Source: a bacterium (GTDB lineage: Bacteria > Bdellovibrionota_C > UBA2361 > CALJRW01). Taken from it: a DNA stretch of 64,000 nucleotides. Below the pieces are notes generated by a model. That model was not told the DNA's origin and searched no databases. It saw nothing but the letters and a program-made list of their open reading frames with translations. Made by a program: the position numbers and the translations under genes. The stretch lies in contig JANNBC010000060.1 in NCBI GenBank assembly GCA_031385045.1, positions 1 through 64,000 of the forward strand, given 5' to 3'. Shown here piece by piece: positions 1-9,371 of the stretch (positions are counted from its first letter, which is position 1; every line of letters begins with the position of its first letter).

Positions 1-7
1 ATATGAC

Positions 8-102
8 TATATCAAACACGACAGTGTTTGAGGCGACCCTTGGGGGTCGCCAAGGCTGAAGTGCTTATTTTACAAGCACTTCAGCTGGCGAAGACAAATA
101 TA
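8..102. repeat. Module A: three-hairpin dispersed repeat between TATA sites (copy 1)
   Basis: Hairpins aaacac/gtgttt, ggcgaccc/gggtcgcc and gctgaagtgctt/aagcacttcagc; reverse complement aligns with 27801-27894. Confidence 0.8.
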
Positions 103-180
103 CTCCTCGACGAAATGATCGCAAAAGCGGTTAGCTTTTGACCAAGCCGTTTCGGTAAAACCCAACGTCGAGGAGTATAT
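98..180 (-). mobile_element. MITE-like TATA-bounded element B
   Basis: Perfect 15-bp terminal inverted repeat atatactcctcgacg (98-112) / cgtcgaggagtatat (166-180); internal core shared with 178-257 and 27692-27807. Confidence 0.7.
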
Positions 181-257
181 ACTAAAACCCAATGGGTTTT
201 TCCTAACAGCTTAGAAAAAATCTATTAGATTTTTCAGTGCTTCGGCTTTTAGTATAT
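178..257 (+). mobile_element. MITE-like TATA-bounded element C-prime
   Basis: tatactaaaacc ... ggcttttagtata near-perfect TIR; internal hairpin aaaaatcta/tagattttt; homologous to 27692-27807. Confidence 0.65.
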
Positions 258-502
258 TACGATGCTAAAATTGCTGAAAATACTTCAAGGTATGGCTTAA
301 ACTACTTGCTGTTATACTGTGATTCCGCTGTATTCTTAACTCATTTTGCCCACCATTTCAATAATCTCGCTTACTCACTACAAATGAGACTGATTAGCGA
401 ATTGCCATTAAATAAGAGTTTTGCTAATTTAAGTTTAACTGGACGTCAGTTTTCAATTATAGTTTCTGACGTATTTAAGTTTTCAATTTTAGTTCAGAAA
501 CA

Positions 503-724
503 ATGGAATTTGATAATAACGAAAATCGTTTAGCAAGTTTATGGTTTGTCGGCGCAGGTATTTTTGCTGTCTGTCTTGGCTTCTTTATCTTCAATGTTGA
601 TTTATATATAAAAAATTCCGATCGCGAAGTAGTGCGTGGTCGTGAAATGAAAGAGGTGCGAACTGCGCAGGCTTCTTTTATTGGATCTGTTCAAGACCCA
701 CGAATTAAATCTTCTGATCAATAA
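503..724 (+). CDS. Small hypothetical membrane protein
   Basis: ATG start, single hydrophobic helix (LWFVGAGIFAVCLGFFIF), convergent with next gene. Confidence 0.5.
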   Translation: MEFDNNENRLASLWFVGAGIFAVCLGFFIFNVDLYIKNSDREVVRGREMKEVRTAQASFIGSVQDPRIKSSDQ

Positions 725-734
725 TCATTAACTG

Positions 735-1703
735 CTAATTAGTTGTTGAGACACTGGCAGTTACCTTAATTCCTTCTGGAATTGGCAAGAAGCTTAACTT
801 AAAGAACTCTTCGGCTTTAATTCTAATCAAAAGTTTAGTTTGGTCTGCTGTTTTAATTTCTGCTGTTTTGACACTTAAAAAGCCTGAGTTTTTTTGTGGC
901 GCATAAAAACTTTGAGCTAAGTGAGTACCAGCCAATTTAAACTCAGGAATCAACAGCTCGTAATCTCCAGATTCATTTAGTGTATATGAAAAATTAGGCT
1001 TAGGACTAAAGCCCAAAAGCAAATAATTCTCATCAGCGGAAAGATTAATAAATTCTATTCTGGTTAAGACATTTTCCTTGGTAATTATTGGTTTAGGTTG
1101 AGGCTCTTTTGCTGCGACAACAGATACTGGTTCTGTATTGGACGAAGGCAGAGTTTTATCTACAACAGGGATTGCCACACTTTCTACTATATCCTCATGG
1201 ATGATTGGTCCATTCTTTATTACCTCAGGCGTAGCTAGTGTTTCCGTGATAGGCAACTCCTCTGCTGTTTTATTTGCCACTATTAGTTGTTCTTCTTTTT
1301 CTTGCTCCTTGGAGAAGATTACTTGAAAGTTACCAACGCTATTTTTTAGTTCGAATTCCGGAGCTGTTGTTCCATTCAGTTCAATCTCTAGGGAGTATTG
1401 CCTGTTAGATAAGGCTTTCAGATCAATTTTAGAAACAATCTCTTGGTTAATTTGTAGATCTTTTGTGTGCCAAGTTTGTTCTGATTCAAAAACAAAGATT
1501 AATTTTGTTGGATTAGCTTCTTGTCGCAGGGTTTGAAGTTTAAACGCTGCTGTCGATTTTAGTTGAACAATCTTAGTTTTATTTTCTGACTGGTAATTAA
1601 TTTCTGGCTCAGAGGGTTCGGCTAATACTGTTAGTGGATGACTAAGAAGTATTAAGGTTAATAAAAAAGAAGCAAATTTTTTCATTCTTTGTTTAGCAAA
1701 CAA
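735..1703 (-). CDS. Secreted protein with probable AMIN-like domains (PilQ N-terminus-like, no secretin domain); start possibly ATG at 1685
   Basis: Signal peptide MKKFASFLLTLILL...VLA; two beta-rich regions separated by a P/E/T-rich linker. Confidence 0.5.
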   Translation of the reverse strand: MFAKQRMKKFASFLLTLILLSHPLTVLAEPSEPEINYQSENKTKIVQLKSTAAFKLQTLRQEANPTKLIFVFESEQTWHTKDLQINQEIVSKIDLKALSNRQYSLEIELNGTTAPEFELKNSVGNFQVIFSKEQEKEEQLIVANKTAEELPITETLATPEVIKNGPIIHEDIVESVAIPVVDKTLPSSNTEPVSVVAAKEPQPKPIITKENVLTRIEFINLSADENYLLLGFSPKPNFSYTLNESGDYELLIPEFKLAGTHLAQSFYAPQKNSGFLSVKTAEIKTADQTKLLIRIKAEEFFKLSFLPIPEGIKVTASVSTTN

Positions 1704-1778
1704 CTTTTATCTTTTTATCACGATACAGCAAGAAGAGCGAGGTGAGTTCCTAATGCTCTAGATATAAGGAGATCTGAA

Positions 1779-3317
1779 ATGTTAGCACGTACCTTTAGTT
1801 CGGTCATTAATGGCCTTGTTGCTGTGCCAGTTGAGGTTCAAACACAAATACTTCCAACTAGAAATGACCATGAATTTAAGTTTGAAATCATCGGCTTAGC
1901 CGATACGGCGATTCGGGAGGCGCGACATCGCGTCGTTAGTGCATTAAAGGTTGTAGGTGTTCGGGTTCCTAGTCATATCTTAGTAAATTTAGCTCCCGCA
2001 GGAATTAAAAAGGATGGTTCTAGTTTTGATCTTTCCATTGCAGTTGCAGTTCTGAAGGCGATGAAGAAATTAGATTTGCCAGTGAGGAATTGTGGTTATT
2101 ATGGGGAGCTAGCACTCGATGGTTCAGTTAAGCCAATTGTTGGTATGGTGGCTCATGCCATTGCAGCTAGAAAACAGGGCTGGAAAAAACTTTTTGTTCC
2201 CGAAGTAAATGCTCAGGAAGTTTTGCAAGTTACGGGTCTAGAGATTATTCCCTTAAAGTCGGTTGATGATTTATTTGCTTATCACCGTGGTGATTTATTG
2301 CCAATTACTAGCTCGTCACATAGTCCTGAATTAGCGATCGAGCAGCCAACATTTTTTCTGGCTGATGTTCAAGGACAAGAGCCAGCAAAACGAGCCTTAG
2401 TTCTTTCCGCAACTGGTGGGCATAATCTTTTATTTGTTGGGCCTCCTGGTTGTGGAAAAAGCATGCTGGCGCAAAGGTTACCCCTGTTATTAAGCCCAAT
2501 GAATAGTGAGGAGCGTATTGAGTCAGCAGGGATTCATAGCATTGCTGGAGTGCCAACTAGTGAATTGCTTGCTGGGAAGCGCCCGTTTCGTAGCCCTCAC
2601 TATACGATCTCTGATATTGGGCTAATTGGCGGAGGTCATAATCCTAAACCAGGAGAGATAAGTCTGGCGCACAACGGGGTGCTTTTCCTCGATGAACTTC
2701 CCGAATTTAAACGTTTAGCATTGGAAGCTCTGCGTTCACCACTTGAATCTCGAAAATTATTAATTAGTCGAGCTAAGTATAATCAAGAATTTCCTGCTAA
2801 TTTTCAGTTGATTGCCGCAATGAATCCTTGTCCTTGTGGTCGTTTAGGATCTCCTCGTGGAGATTGTTCTTGTGGTCCGCAGGCAGTTAATAAATATTTA
2901 CAAAAACTTTCAGGTCCAATTTTAGATCGTATTGATCTGCAAGTTTCTTTGCAGGCCGTAGATATTCAGCAATTTAAGCAAGTATCTTGTTCGGCTGATT
3001 GTGCCAAGGAGTCAGAATTGATTCAAGCGATTCAACAAGCACAGACTCGAGCCTTAGAGCGACAAGGGATGTGTAATAGTCAGCTAGATAATCGAACTCT
3101 AATAAAGATGGTGCATTTAAAAAGTAAGGCGGAAGATTTTTTGGAGAACTTTGCAACTAAACGCAATTTTAGTGCCCGCGCATATTTTAGAGTGTTGAAG
3201 GTGGCATTGACAATCTCTGATTTAAAAGGAAATCGGGGAGTTGAGATCGAGGATATTGCTGAAGCTCTATCCTTTCGAAGTTTAGAATTAATCAAAGACT
3301 ATGCCAGAAGTTGCTAG
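1779..3317 (+). CDS. comM: ComM/YifB family Mg-chelatase-like AAA+ ATPase
   Basis: VNLAPA..KKDGSSFDL, Walker A GPPGCGKS, SLAHNGVLFLDELPEF, AAMNPCPCG. Confidence 0.92.
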   Translation: MLARTFSSVINGLVAVPVEVQTQILPTRNDHEFKFEIIGLADTAIREARHRVVSALKVVGVRVPSHILVNLAPAGIKKDGSSFDLSIAVAVLKAMKKLDLPVRNCGYYGELALDGSVKPIVGMVAHAIAARKQGWKKLFVPEVNAQEVLQVTGLEIIPLKSVDDLFAYHRGDLLPITSSSHSPELAIEQPTFFLADVQGQEPAKRALVLSATGGHNLLFVGPPGCGKSMLAQRLPLLLSPMNSEERIESAGIHSIAGVPTSELLAGKRPFRSPHYTISDIGLIGGGHNPKPGEISLAHNGVLFLDELPEFKRLALEALRSPLESRKLLISRAKYNQEFPANFQLIAAMNPCPCGRLGSPRGDCSCGPQAVNKYLQKLSGPILDRIDLQVSLQAVDIQQFKQVSCSADCAKESELIQAIQQAQTRALERQGMCNSQLDNRTLIKMVHLKSKAEDFLENFATKRNFSARAYFRVLKVALTISDLKGNRGVEIEDIAEALSFRSLELIKDYARSC

Positions 3318-3327
3318 CAAGATAAGT

Positions 3328-4215
3328 TTATTCTGTAAATTCCCAATTTGCATTGGGATCTTTTACGGGAGATTCTTTCTTCAAATCTGCGCCAATAGAT
3401 TGTTCTCTTGTTAGGCTACCAAAGTCATTCTCTTTTACTGGGAGATTGATATCTACTAATTTTGTATTTTCTTCTCCCGTAAAGTCAATTGTAATCTCTT
3501 TGACAATGATTCGGTCAGGTTTAATTTCGCTAACAGTTCCTTCATAAAGACCAATCTTTGTTCCAATTTGTACTGTGTGACCTTTGCCATTTCCGTCTTC
3601 AATAATTGCTTTTGGTTCTCCTGAGTCTAACAACACTGCCGATACTCGAAACTGACTATAATCAAATTGTTCCAAGGGGGTTTTCCCTTTGACTTGACGA
3701 TTAAATCGATCAAAATCTAGGGGGCGGAAAGGATCTTTCTTACCTGTTGGATCGTAAATAAATAACTGATCTTCAAAATTATTCAATGAAGCAATTAAGG
3801 CATCTTCTTCGTTGGCATAAATTTCCTCTGCAGTGGCACCAGTACCATCGCCAGCTGGCGCCGTTCCAGAAGCAGCAGCTCCTAAAATAAAACTTTCCCC
3901 ATCTATGCTATAAACATATGGTTCAGCAGTATTTGGATCGACAGGAACTGATTCGAAATAATCTGGCACTAATTGATCTAAAGTATCCGGGTACTTTTCG
4001 TTTTTCATACGATAATTATTTAGTGCGATATGGAGTCTGATAGCTGAGCGTTGATCGTCCCCAACGTCTCCTGTCTCAATGGCGGAATCCATGGCATCTT
4101 TAAAGGAAGCTGGTTCGCTGGAAATTTTATACCGTAAAAGAACGACTGCCTGAATTAGGATAATCGGACCGGTTAAAATTAATAATTTTTTAAGATAACT
4201 TGATTTTGCTGCCAT
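3328..4215 (-). CDS. PilP-family protein fused to an N-terminal membrane anchor and GspG-like pseudopilin domain
   Basis: C-terminal YDPTGKKDPF...PLEQFD...AIIEDGNGKGHTVQIGTKIG is PilP-like; ALNNYRMKNEKYP..L..LVPDY....PVDP is GspG-like. Confidence 0.7.
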   Translation of the reverse strand: MAAKSSYLKKLLILTGPIILIQAVVLLRYKISSEPASFKDAMDSAIETGDVGDDQRSAIRLHIALNNYRMKNEKYPDTLDQLVPDYFESVPVDPNTAEPYVYSIDGESFILGAAASGTAPAGDGTGATAEEIYANEEDALIASLNNFEDQLFIYDPTGKKDPFRPLDFDRFNRQVKGKTPLEQFDYSQFRVSAVLLDSGEPKAIIEDGNGKGHTVQIGTKIGLYEGTVSEIKPDRIIVKEITIDFTGEENTKLVDINLPVKENDFGSLTREQSIGADLKKESPVKDPNANWEFTE

Positions 4216-4429
4216 ATAATGATCTTTAACTATACCACTTTAGCAACTTCTTAATTGATTTAACAAGATCTAAATATTTAGAAAAATGAGAATTAAGTAG
4301 TAGTCCTAATCTAAAAGCTTAGTTGTATTTTCTGTACGGTCTCATATCTAGCACTTGGTTGGAGAAGGTTGTGAGAGAAGGTTTTTGGAGAGAATCAGGT
4401 TTAGATCTATGAATCTAACTATCAAAGTA

Positions 4430-4504
4430 TCGGGGTGATAGGATTCGAACCTACGACCCCTGGTTCCCAAAACCAGTGCTCTAGCCAGACTGAGCTACAC
4501 CCCG
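4430..4504 (-). tRNA. tRNA-Pro(UGG), CCA not encoded
   Basis: Cloverleaf; anticodon arm ctggt-tttggga-accag; T-loop gttcgaatc. Confidence 0.95.
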
Positions 4505-4715
4505 AAATTAATAGTCGAGGGGAGACGATAGCTAATTCTGAAAAAATAATAAAGCCCATTAGGCAAGTTTTTTTATTTAATTTAGTTTTAGAGTGAAAAG
4601 CAGCTAGGAGATCTGATCTTTTTCTTATTTTCCCGATGTTTAAGAGTTGTCTTGTCAGGAGGATTGCAATAATGACATTATGTTTTTAATTTTATTACTC
4701 TATTAAGAAGATTTT

Positions 4716-6098
4716 ATGGCTAATCATTTTAAATTTGCTGATTTGCAATCAAAAACAGTGACTTTGGGAGAGTATCAAGTCTCAGGTTGGGTAAAAACGC
4801 ATCGTCGGTCTAAAAATATTTCCTTTATTGAGCTAACAGATGGAACAAGTGTTAAAGGTTTACAACTTGTTATTGAGCCAAGTCTTGCTTCTTATGTTGG
4901 AATCGCTGATCGAGTTAGTACTGGTTGTTCCATAACGGTCAGTGGGCAATTAGTAGAGTCTCCCGCCAAGGGCCAAACTCATGAGTTTCAAGTTAGCTCG
5001 ATTGAATTAGTTGGCGAGGCAGATCCTGAAAAATATTTCTTACAAAAAAAACATCATGGCTTAGATACTTTAAGAGAGAATTTACATTTCCGTCCACGTT
5101 CCAATACCTTTGGGGCAATTTTTAGATTGCGTTCCAATGTAGCTTTTGCTGTGCATAAGTTTTTTAAAGAACGTGGCTTTTATCATATTCATACGCCCAT
5201 CATTACTACCTCTGATTGTGAAGGAGCAGGTGAGATGTTTCAAGTCACTACTCAAAAATTAGGCCAGGGGAAGGTTGATTATGCCCAAGATTTTTTTAAG
5301 GCACCGGCATTCTTAACCGTCTCTGGTCAGTTAGAAGGAGAGATTTTTGCTACGGCCCTCGGTAAAATTTATACTTTTGGCCCAACTTTTCGTGCTGAAA
5401 ATTCCAATACTAGTCGACATTTATCAGAGTTTTGGATGATTGAACCAGAAATGGCTTTTTGTGACTTAGCTCAGGATATGCAAGTAGCTAGTGATTTTAT
5501 TAAATATTTAATTTCCTACACCTTAGAAGAGTCTGCTGAAGATTTAGCTTTTCTTCATCAAGCCGAGTGGTGTGTGCCGAATTTGCGCGCCAATTTAGAG
5601 GCGGTTGTAAACAAACCAGCGGAGGTTATGGAATACACAGAAGCAATTAAGATTTTAGAAAATGCTAAACAAGCTTTTGAATTTCCAGTTAGCTGGGGAA
5701 TTGATTTACAGTCAGAGCATGAAAGATATTTAACAGAACAACATGTGCAGGGTCCAGTATTTGTGATTAATTATCCAAAAACTATTAAACCTTTTTATAT
5801 GCGCCTTAATGATGATCAGAAGACTGTTACTGGAATGGACTTACTTACTCCTGGGATTGGTGAAATTATTGGCGGTGGGCAACGTGAAGATCGTTTGGAT
5901 TTACTAACGGAGAGAATGACTGCACAAGGCTTAGATACTAATAATTATTGGTGGTATTTGCAGTTAAGAGAGTTTGGATCTGTGCCTCATGCTGGCTTTG
6001 GTTTGGGTTTTGAGAGATTCTTAATGTATGTTTCGGGAATGAAGAACATTCGTGATGTTATTCCAGTGCCGAGATATCCGGGGCATGGGGGGATTTGA
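4716..6098 (+). CDS. asnS: Asparagine--tRNA ligase
   Basis: LTVSGQL, YTFGPTFRAENSNTSRHLSEFWMIEPE, PHAGFGLGFER. Confidence 0.97.
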   Translation: MANHFKFADLQSKTVTLGEYQVSGWVKTHRRSKNISFIELTDGTSVKGLQLVIEPSLASYVGIADRVSTGCSITVSGQLVESPAKGQTHEFQVSSIELVGEADPEKYFLQKKHHGLDTLRENLHFRPRSNTFGAIFRLRSNVAFAVHKFFKERGFYHIHTPIITTSDCEGAGEMFQVTTQKLGQGKVDYAQDFFKAPAFLTVSGQLEGEIFATALGKIYTFGPTFRAENSNTSRHLSEFWMIEPEMAFCDLAQDMQVASDFIKYLISYTLEESAEDLAFLHQAEWCVPNLRANLEAVVNKPAEVMEYTEAIKILENAKQAFEFPVSWGIDLQSEHERYLTEQHVQGPVFVINYPKTIKPFYMRLNDDQKTVTGMDLLTPGIGEIIGGGQREDRLDLLTERMTAQGLDTNNYWWYLQLREFGSVPHAGFGLGFERFLMYVSGMKNIRDVIPVPRYPGHGGI

Positions 6099-6129
6099 TA
6101 TCTGATGAATTTTAATTCATCAGATATCA
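6097..6129. repeat. Perfect palindrome overlapping the asnS stop
   Basis: gatatctgatgaatt...aattcatcagatatc; likely terminator or processing stem. Confidence 0.6.
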
Positions 6130-6189
6130 TCCGCCGAAGCCTTCCATTTTTCTTGGATAGATATTCGACATTCGGTGGCGTAGGTGGAT
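6129..6189 (-). repeat. REP-like palindrome copy with apical insert
   Basis: atccgcc-gaa-gcc ... ggc-gta-ggtggat. Confidence 0.6.
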
Positions 6190-6273
6190 TGTGTGAAATA
6201 ATTAGAGTGAGTAGGGGTAAAAAGTTCTAGGTTATTTTTATTCTGCTTTCAGCAGATAAAAATTCCCGAGATA

Positions 6274-6347
<74 letters not shown>

Positions 6348-6349
<2 letters not shown>

Positions 6350-6391
6350 AGTATAATCAAGTGGCACGTTAGTGCCACTTGATTATACTGC
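6348..6391. repeat. Perfect 20-bp inverted repeat abutting the tRNA-Thr 5' end
   Basis: gcagtataatcaagtggcac-gtta-gtgccacttgattatactgc. Confidence 0.8.
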
Positions 6392-6535
6392 GTTTAAACT
6401 TTCCTTCGCCTAGCGAAGGAAAGTTTATCGGCGACAGCTTTCAATCTTATTAAATCTTTTTCTTTAAAAAATAAAGTTTTTGAGAAGATTCTTTTTATCG
6501 ATAGGTTTGTGAGGGAAGACGAATATTTGTTGGGC

Positions 6536-6596
6536 AATCCGCCGTCGCTAATTAAGCTTAAAAAGTATTTTAATCTTAATTAGCTATGGCGTGATT
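6536..6596 (+). repeat. REP-like palindrome copy with apical insert
   Basis: ccgcc-gtc-gcta[AT-rich stem]tagc-tat-ggcg. Confidence 0.65.
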
Positions 6597-6625
6597 CATT
6601 TTTTTACTTCGTAAAAAAATGAAAA

Positions 6626-6708
6626 TGGTGAGGGGCGGATTCGAACCGCCGTAGGCGTACACCAGCAGATTTACAGTCTGCCACCTTTAGCCACTCGGTC
6701 ACCTCACC
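6626..6708 (-). tRNA. tRNA-Tyr(GUA), CCA not encoded
   Basis: Anticodon arm gcaga-ctgtaaa-tctgc; long variable arm. Confidence 0.95.
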
Positions 6709-6930
6709 ATAAGTTTAAACCCTCCGCTGATCATTTTCGAAAATAACAAACATAATTAAGGAGGGTTTGGTGTTATTTTCTACGGCAAAAAATGGCAACG
6801 CCATTATTTTGCTCGCCCAGCGTCATTCATTTTTTGTCAAAAATGAATGACGCTGGGTTTGTATGATTTAACTAGATTAAGCTTTGTAAAAAGCTCCACC
6901 TAGAAAAAAACTCCACGTCTAGAAAAAAAG

Positions 6931-7006
6931 TGGAGCGGGAGACGAGGCTCGAACCCGCGACATTCAGCTTGGAAGGCTGACGCTCTACCAACTGAGCTAC
7001 TCCCGC
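6931..7006 (-). tRNA. tRNA-Gly(UCC)
   Basis: Anticodon arm tcagc-cttccaa-gctga; CCA encoded. Confidence 0.95.
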
Positions 7007-7042
7007 ATTGACCTTCATTCGTAAAAACAAAAGTCGAGCAGT

Positions 7043-7071
7043 TAAATACCTAATTCTAATCTTTCTTGCAA
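7043..7071 (-). promoter_or_regulatory. Putative sigma70 promoter of the tRNA Gly-Tyr-Thr transcript
   Basis: TTGCAA-17bp-TATTTA on the minus strand, about 35 nt upstream of tRNA-Gly. Confidence 0.45.
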
Positions 7072-7168
7072 GTTTTCCTCTTGATTAACTTAAGCTTGGT
7101 TTATGTTTTTAAGGTTGATTTTTTAGTTGTGCTCTGATATTTCTATTATATTTCTATATCAAACTTAA

Positions 7169-7609
7169 ATGGAATTAGACACTTTTCAGCCTATTGGTAA
7201 TTCTCTCATTCCTTTTGTAGGAAGCACTGTCTCCGCAGGATTTCCTTCTCCTGCTGATGATTATTTAGAACCTGCTTTGGATCTTAATCAATACTTAATC
7301 AAAAATCCAGAAGCGACTTTTTTAGTTCGTGTCAGCGGAGACTCCATGATTCAGGCCGGAGTTTTTGCCGGCGATGTTTTGATAGTTGATCGATCTTTGT
7401 CGGCGGTGTCAGGAGATATAGTGATCGCGGTAGTGAATCGTGAGTTTCTAGTGAAGAAAATTTTAATTTCTCCTGGACAGGTTATTTTACGTTCTGCTAA
7501 CTCGAGATATGCAGATTTAATAATCTCCCAGAATTTAGAATCTAGTAATCTTGATTTTGAAATTTGGGGAGTAGTGACTTGTTGTCTGCACACTCTTAAG
7601 AGAAATTAG
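7169..7609 (+). CDS. umuD: DNA polymerase V subunit UmuD (S24 peptidase)
   Basis: [12 protein letters not shown] cleavage site, RVSGDSM catalytic Ser, VKK Lys. Confidence 0.93.
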   Translation: MELDTFQPIGNSLIPFVGSTVSAGFPSPADDYLEPALDLNQYLIKNPEATFLVRVSGDSMIQAGVFAGDVLIVDRSLSAVSGDIVIAVVNREFLVKKILISPGQVILRSANSRYADLIISQNLESSNLDFEIWGVVTCCLHTLKRN

Positions 7610-7611
7610 TT

Positions 7612-8883
7612 ATGTCTTCTTTTTATTTTCTGGTTGATTGTAATAATTTTTATGTTTCTTGTGAGCGTGTTTTTAATGCCAAGTTAATTGGCAAGCCGGT
7701 GGTTGTATTGTCCAATAATGATGGTTGTGTTGTGGCACGTTCTAATGAGGCTAAGCAGTGGATCCCTATGGGAGTACCAGTTTATAAAGTACGAGGGATT
7801 ATCGCCCAGCATCAGGTTAAAGTTTGTTCCTCAAATTATACGCTCTATGGAGAGCTCTCACGTCGTGTGATGAGTATTCTAAAAAAACATGCAGAGAGTA
7901 TGGAAATCTATTCTATTGATGAAGCTTTCTTAGAATATAGCGATACTTCCAAGACTTCGTCTGATTGGGAAAACTTAGCCATTATGATTCGTGATGCTAT
8001 CAGGCAGTCTTTAGGTATTCCTGTCTCCATTGGGGTCGGCCGAACTAAAACGCTAGCAAAATTGGCTAATAACCAAGCTAAAAAAGAAAAATATGGCTCA
8101 GGTTTTTGTTTGTTAGATAGCCCTGAAAGAATTGAAGTTTTACTAAAGAAAATGGATGTTCAGGAAGTTTGGGGTGTGGGTCGGCGTTGGGCTAAGAATT
8201 TAAAAGCATATGGTATTGATAGTGCTTGGCAGCTACAGCAAGCACCTGAAAAGTTAATTCGACAAAAATTTAATATTTTCCTTTTGAGAACTAAGCTTGA
8301 ATTACAAGATGTGCGGTGTCTGCATTTGGAACATTTTACTCCTCCTCGAAAATCTATTGCCGTGACCCGTTCCTTTGGGCGAAAAATACAAAACATTCTG
8401 GAGCTAGAGCAAGCAGTTGCTTCTTATCTAACTCGCTTAGGCGAGAAGCTAAGGTTGCATCATCTGAAGGTTAAAAAATTTATTTTATTTATTCAGACAA
8501 GTCGATTTTCTAAGGAGGAGTATTATTCCAAGTCGATTATTTGTACTCTGCAAGATTACACAAACAACACTTCTCAGTTAATTCTAGCTGGCTTAAATGG
8601 GCTAGGGCAGATTTACTTGTCGGAATTCTCCTATAATAAAGCAGGGGTGGTGGCGATTGATCTAAGAGCAGAAGATGTTCATCAAGGACAATTATTTTCA
8701 GGAGTAATTGAAAGCAAAGCGGAGTCAGATTTAATGATGGCAGTAGATTTATTAAATCGTAAATATGGCAAAAGTTCCATTCACTATGCTATTACTGGGC
8801 TTAGGCAGGACTGGGCAGCACTTTCTACTCAAAAATCCCCAAATTATCTGAGCTCATGGGAGGAGTTATTGGCGGTTAGTTAG
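7612..8883 (+). CDS. umuC: Y-family DNA polymerase V subunit UmuC
   Basis: [34 protein letters not shown]-terminal SPNY..W.EL. Confidence 0.93.
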   Translation: MSSFYFLVDCNNFYVSCERVFNAKLIGKPVVVLSNNDGCVVARSNEAKQWIPMGVPVYKVRGIIAQHQVKVCSSNYTLYGELSRRVMSILKKHAESMEIYSIDEAFLEYSDTSKTSSDWENLAIMIRDAIRQSLGIPVSIGVGRTKTLAKLANNQAKKEKYGSGFCLLDSPERIEVLLKKMDVQEVWGVGRRWAKNLKAYGIDSAWQLQQAPEKLIRQKFNIFLLRTKLELQDVRCLHLEHFTPPRKSIAVTRSFGRKIQNILELEQAVASYLTRLGEKLRLHHLKVKKFILFIQTSRFSKEEYYSKSIICTLQDYTNNTSQLILAGLNGLGQIYLSEFSYNKAGVVAIDLRAEDVHQGQLFSGVIESKAESDLMMAVDLLNRKYGKSSIHYAITGLRQDWAALSTQKSPNYLSSWEELLAVS

Positions 8884-9089
8884 CTACTTGGGTAGTTTTT
8901 GCAATGTAGAGCAGACTGCTACTTCACTATTTTTCGATAAAACTTTCCGAGCCTAGGCTTATTTGCATTATTTATCTGATTTTGATAGATTCTCGGCTCT
9001 CAAATTGAAAGTGGCGGTTATAACTGTTATTCTTAATGGTTAACTATCGATAATTATTTGATAATTTGTGAAGTATTTTACTAGGTAAA

Positions 9090-9302
9090 TTGGTGGCGAT
9101 TAAAGCGAATTCGAATAAAAGTAAAATTAAACCAATCGAGTTTTTAAGAGATGCTCGAGTGGAGTTAAGTAAAGTTTCTAAACCTAATCGTGAAGAAACA
9201 ATTCGAGCAACAGTTATGGCATTAGCTCTAATGGTGTTCTTTGCAATCGTCTTAGCTTTGTTAGATGTTATTTTTCATCGCATCATGGCAACACTACTCT
9301 AG
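9090..9302 (+). CDS. secE: Preprotein translocase subunit SecE
   Basis: ELSKV..P.REE followed by a TM helix; upstream of nusG. Confidence 0.88.
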   Translation: MVAIKANSNKSKIKPIEFLRDARVELSKVSKPNREETIRATVMALALMVFFAIVLALLDVIFHRIMATLL

Positions 9303-9371
9303 TTGAGCACTTTAAATTAAGAACGACAAGGTTCACAACTCTAGGTATTATAAATCTGGGTATTATAAAAA

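Noticed and set aside
237..533. 98-aa ORF
   Set aside because: Starts inside a repeat element, overlaps the next gene and has no motif; likely spurious.
4358..4405. Short gagaaggtt-like tandem repeats
   Set aside because: Two or three degenerate low-complexity units; no supportable function.
7169..8883. Prophage or ICE around umuDC
   Set aside because: No integrase, no duplicated tRNA end as an att site and no other mobile genes seen.
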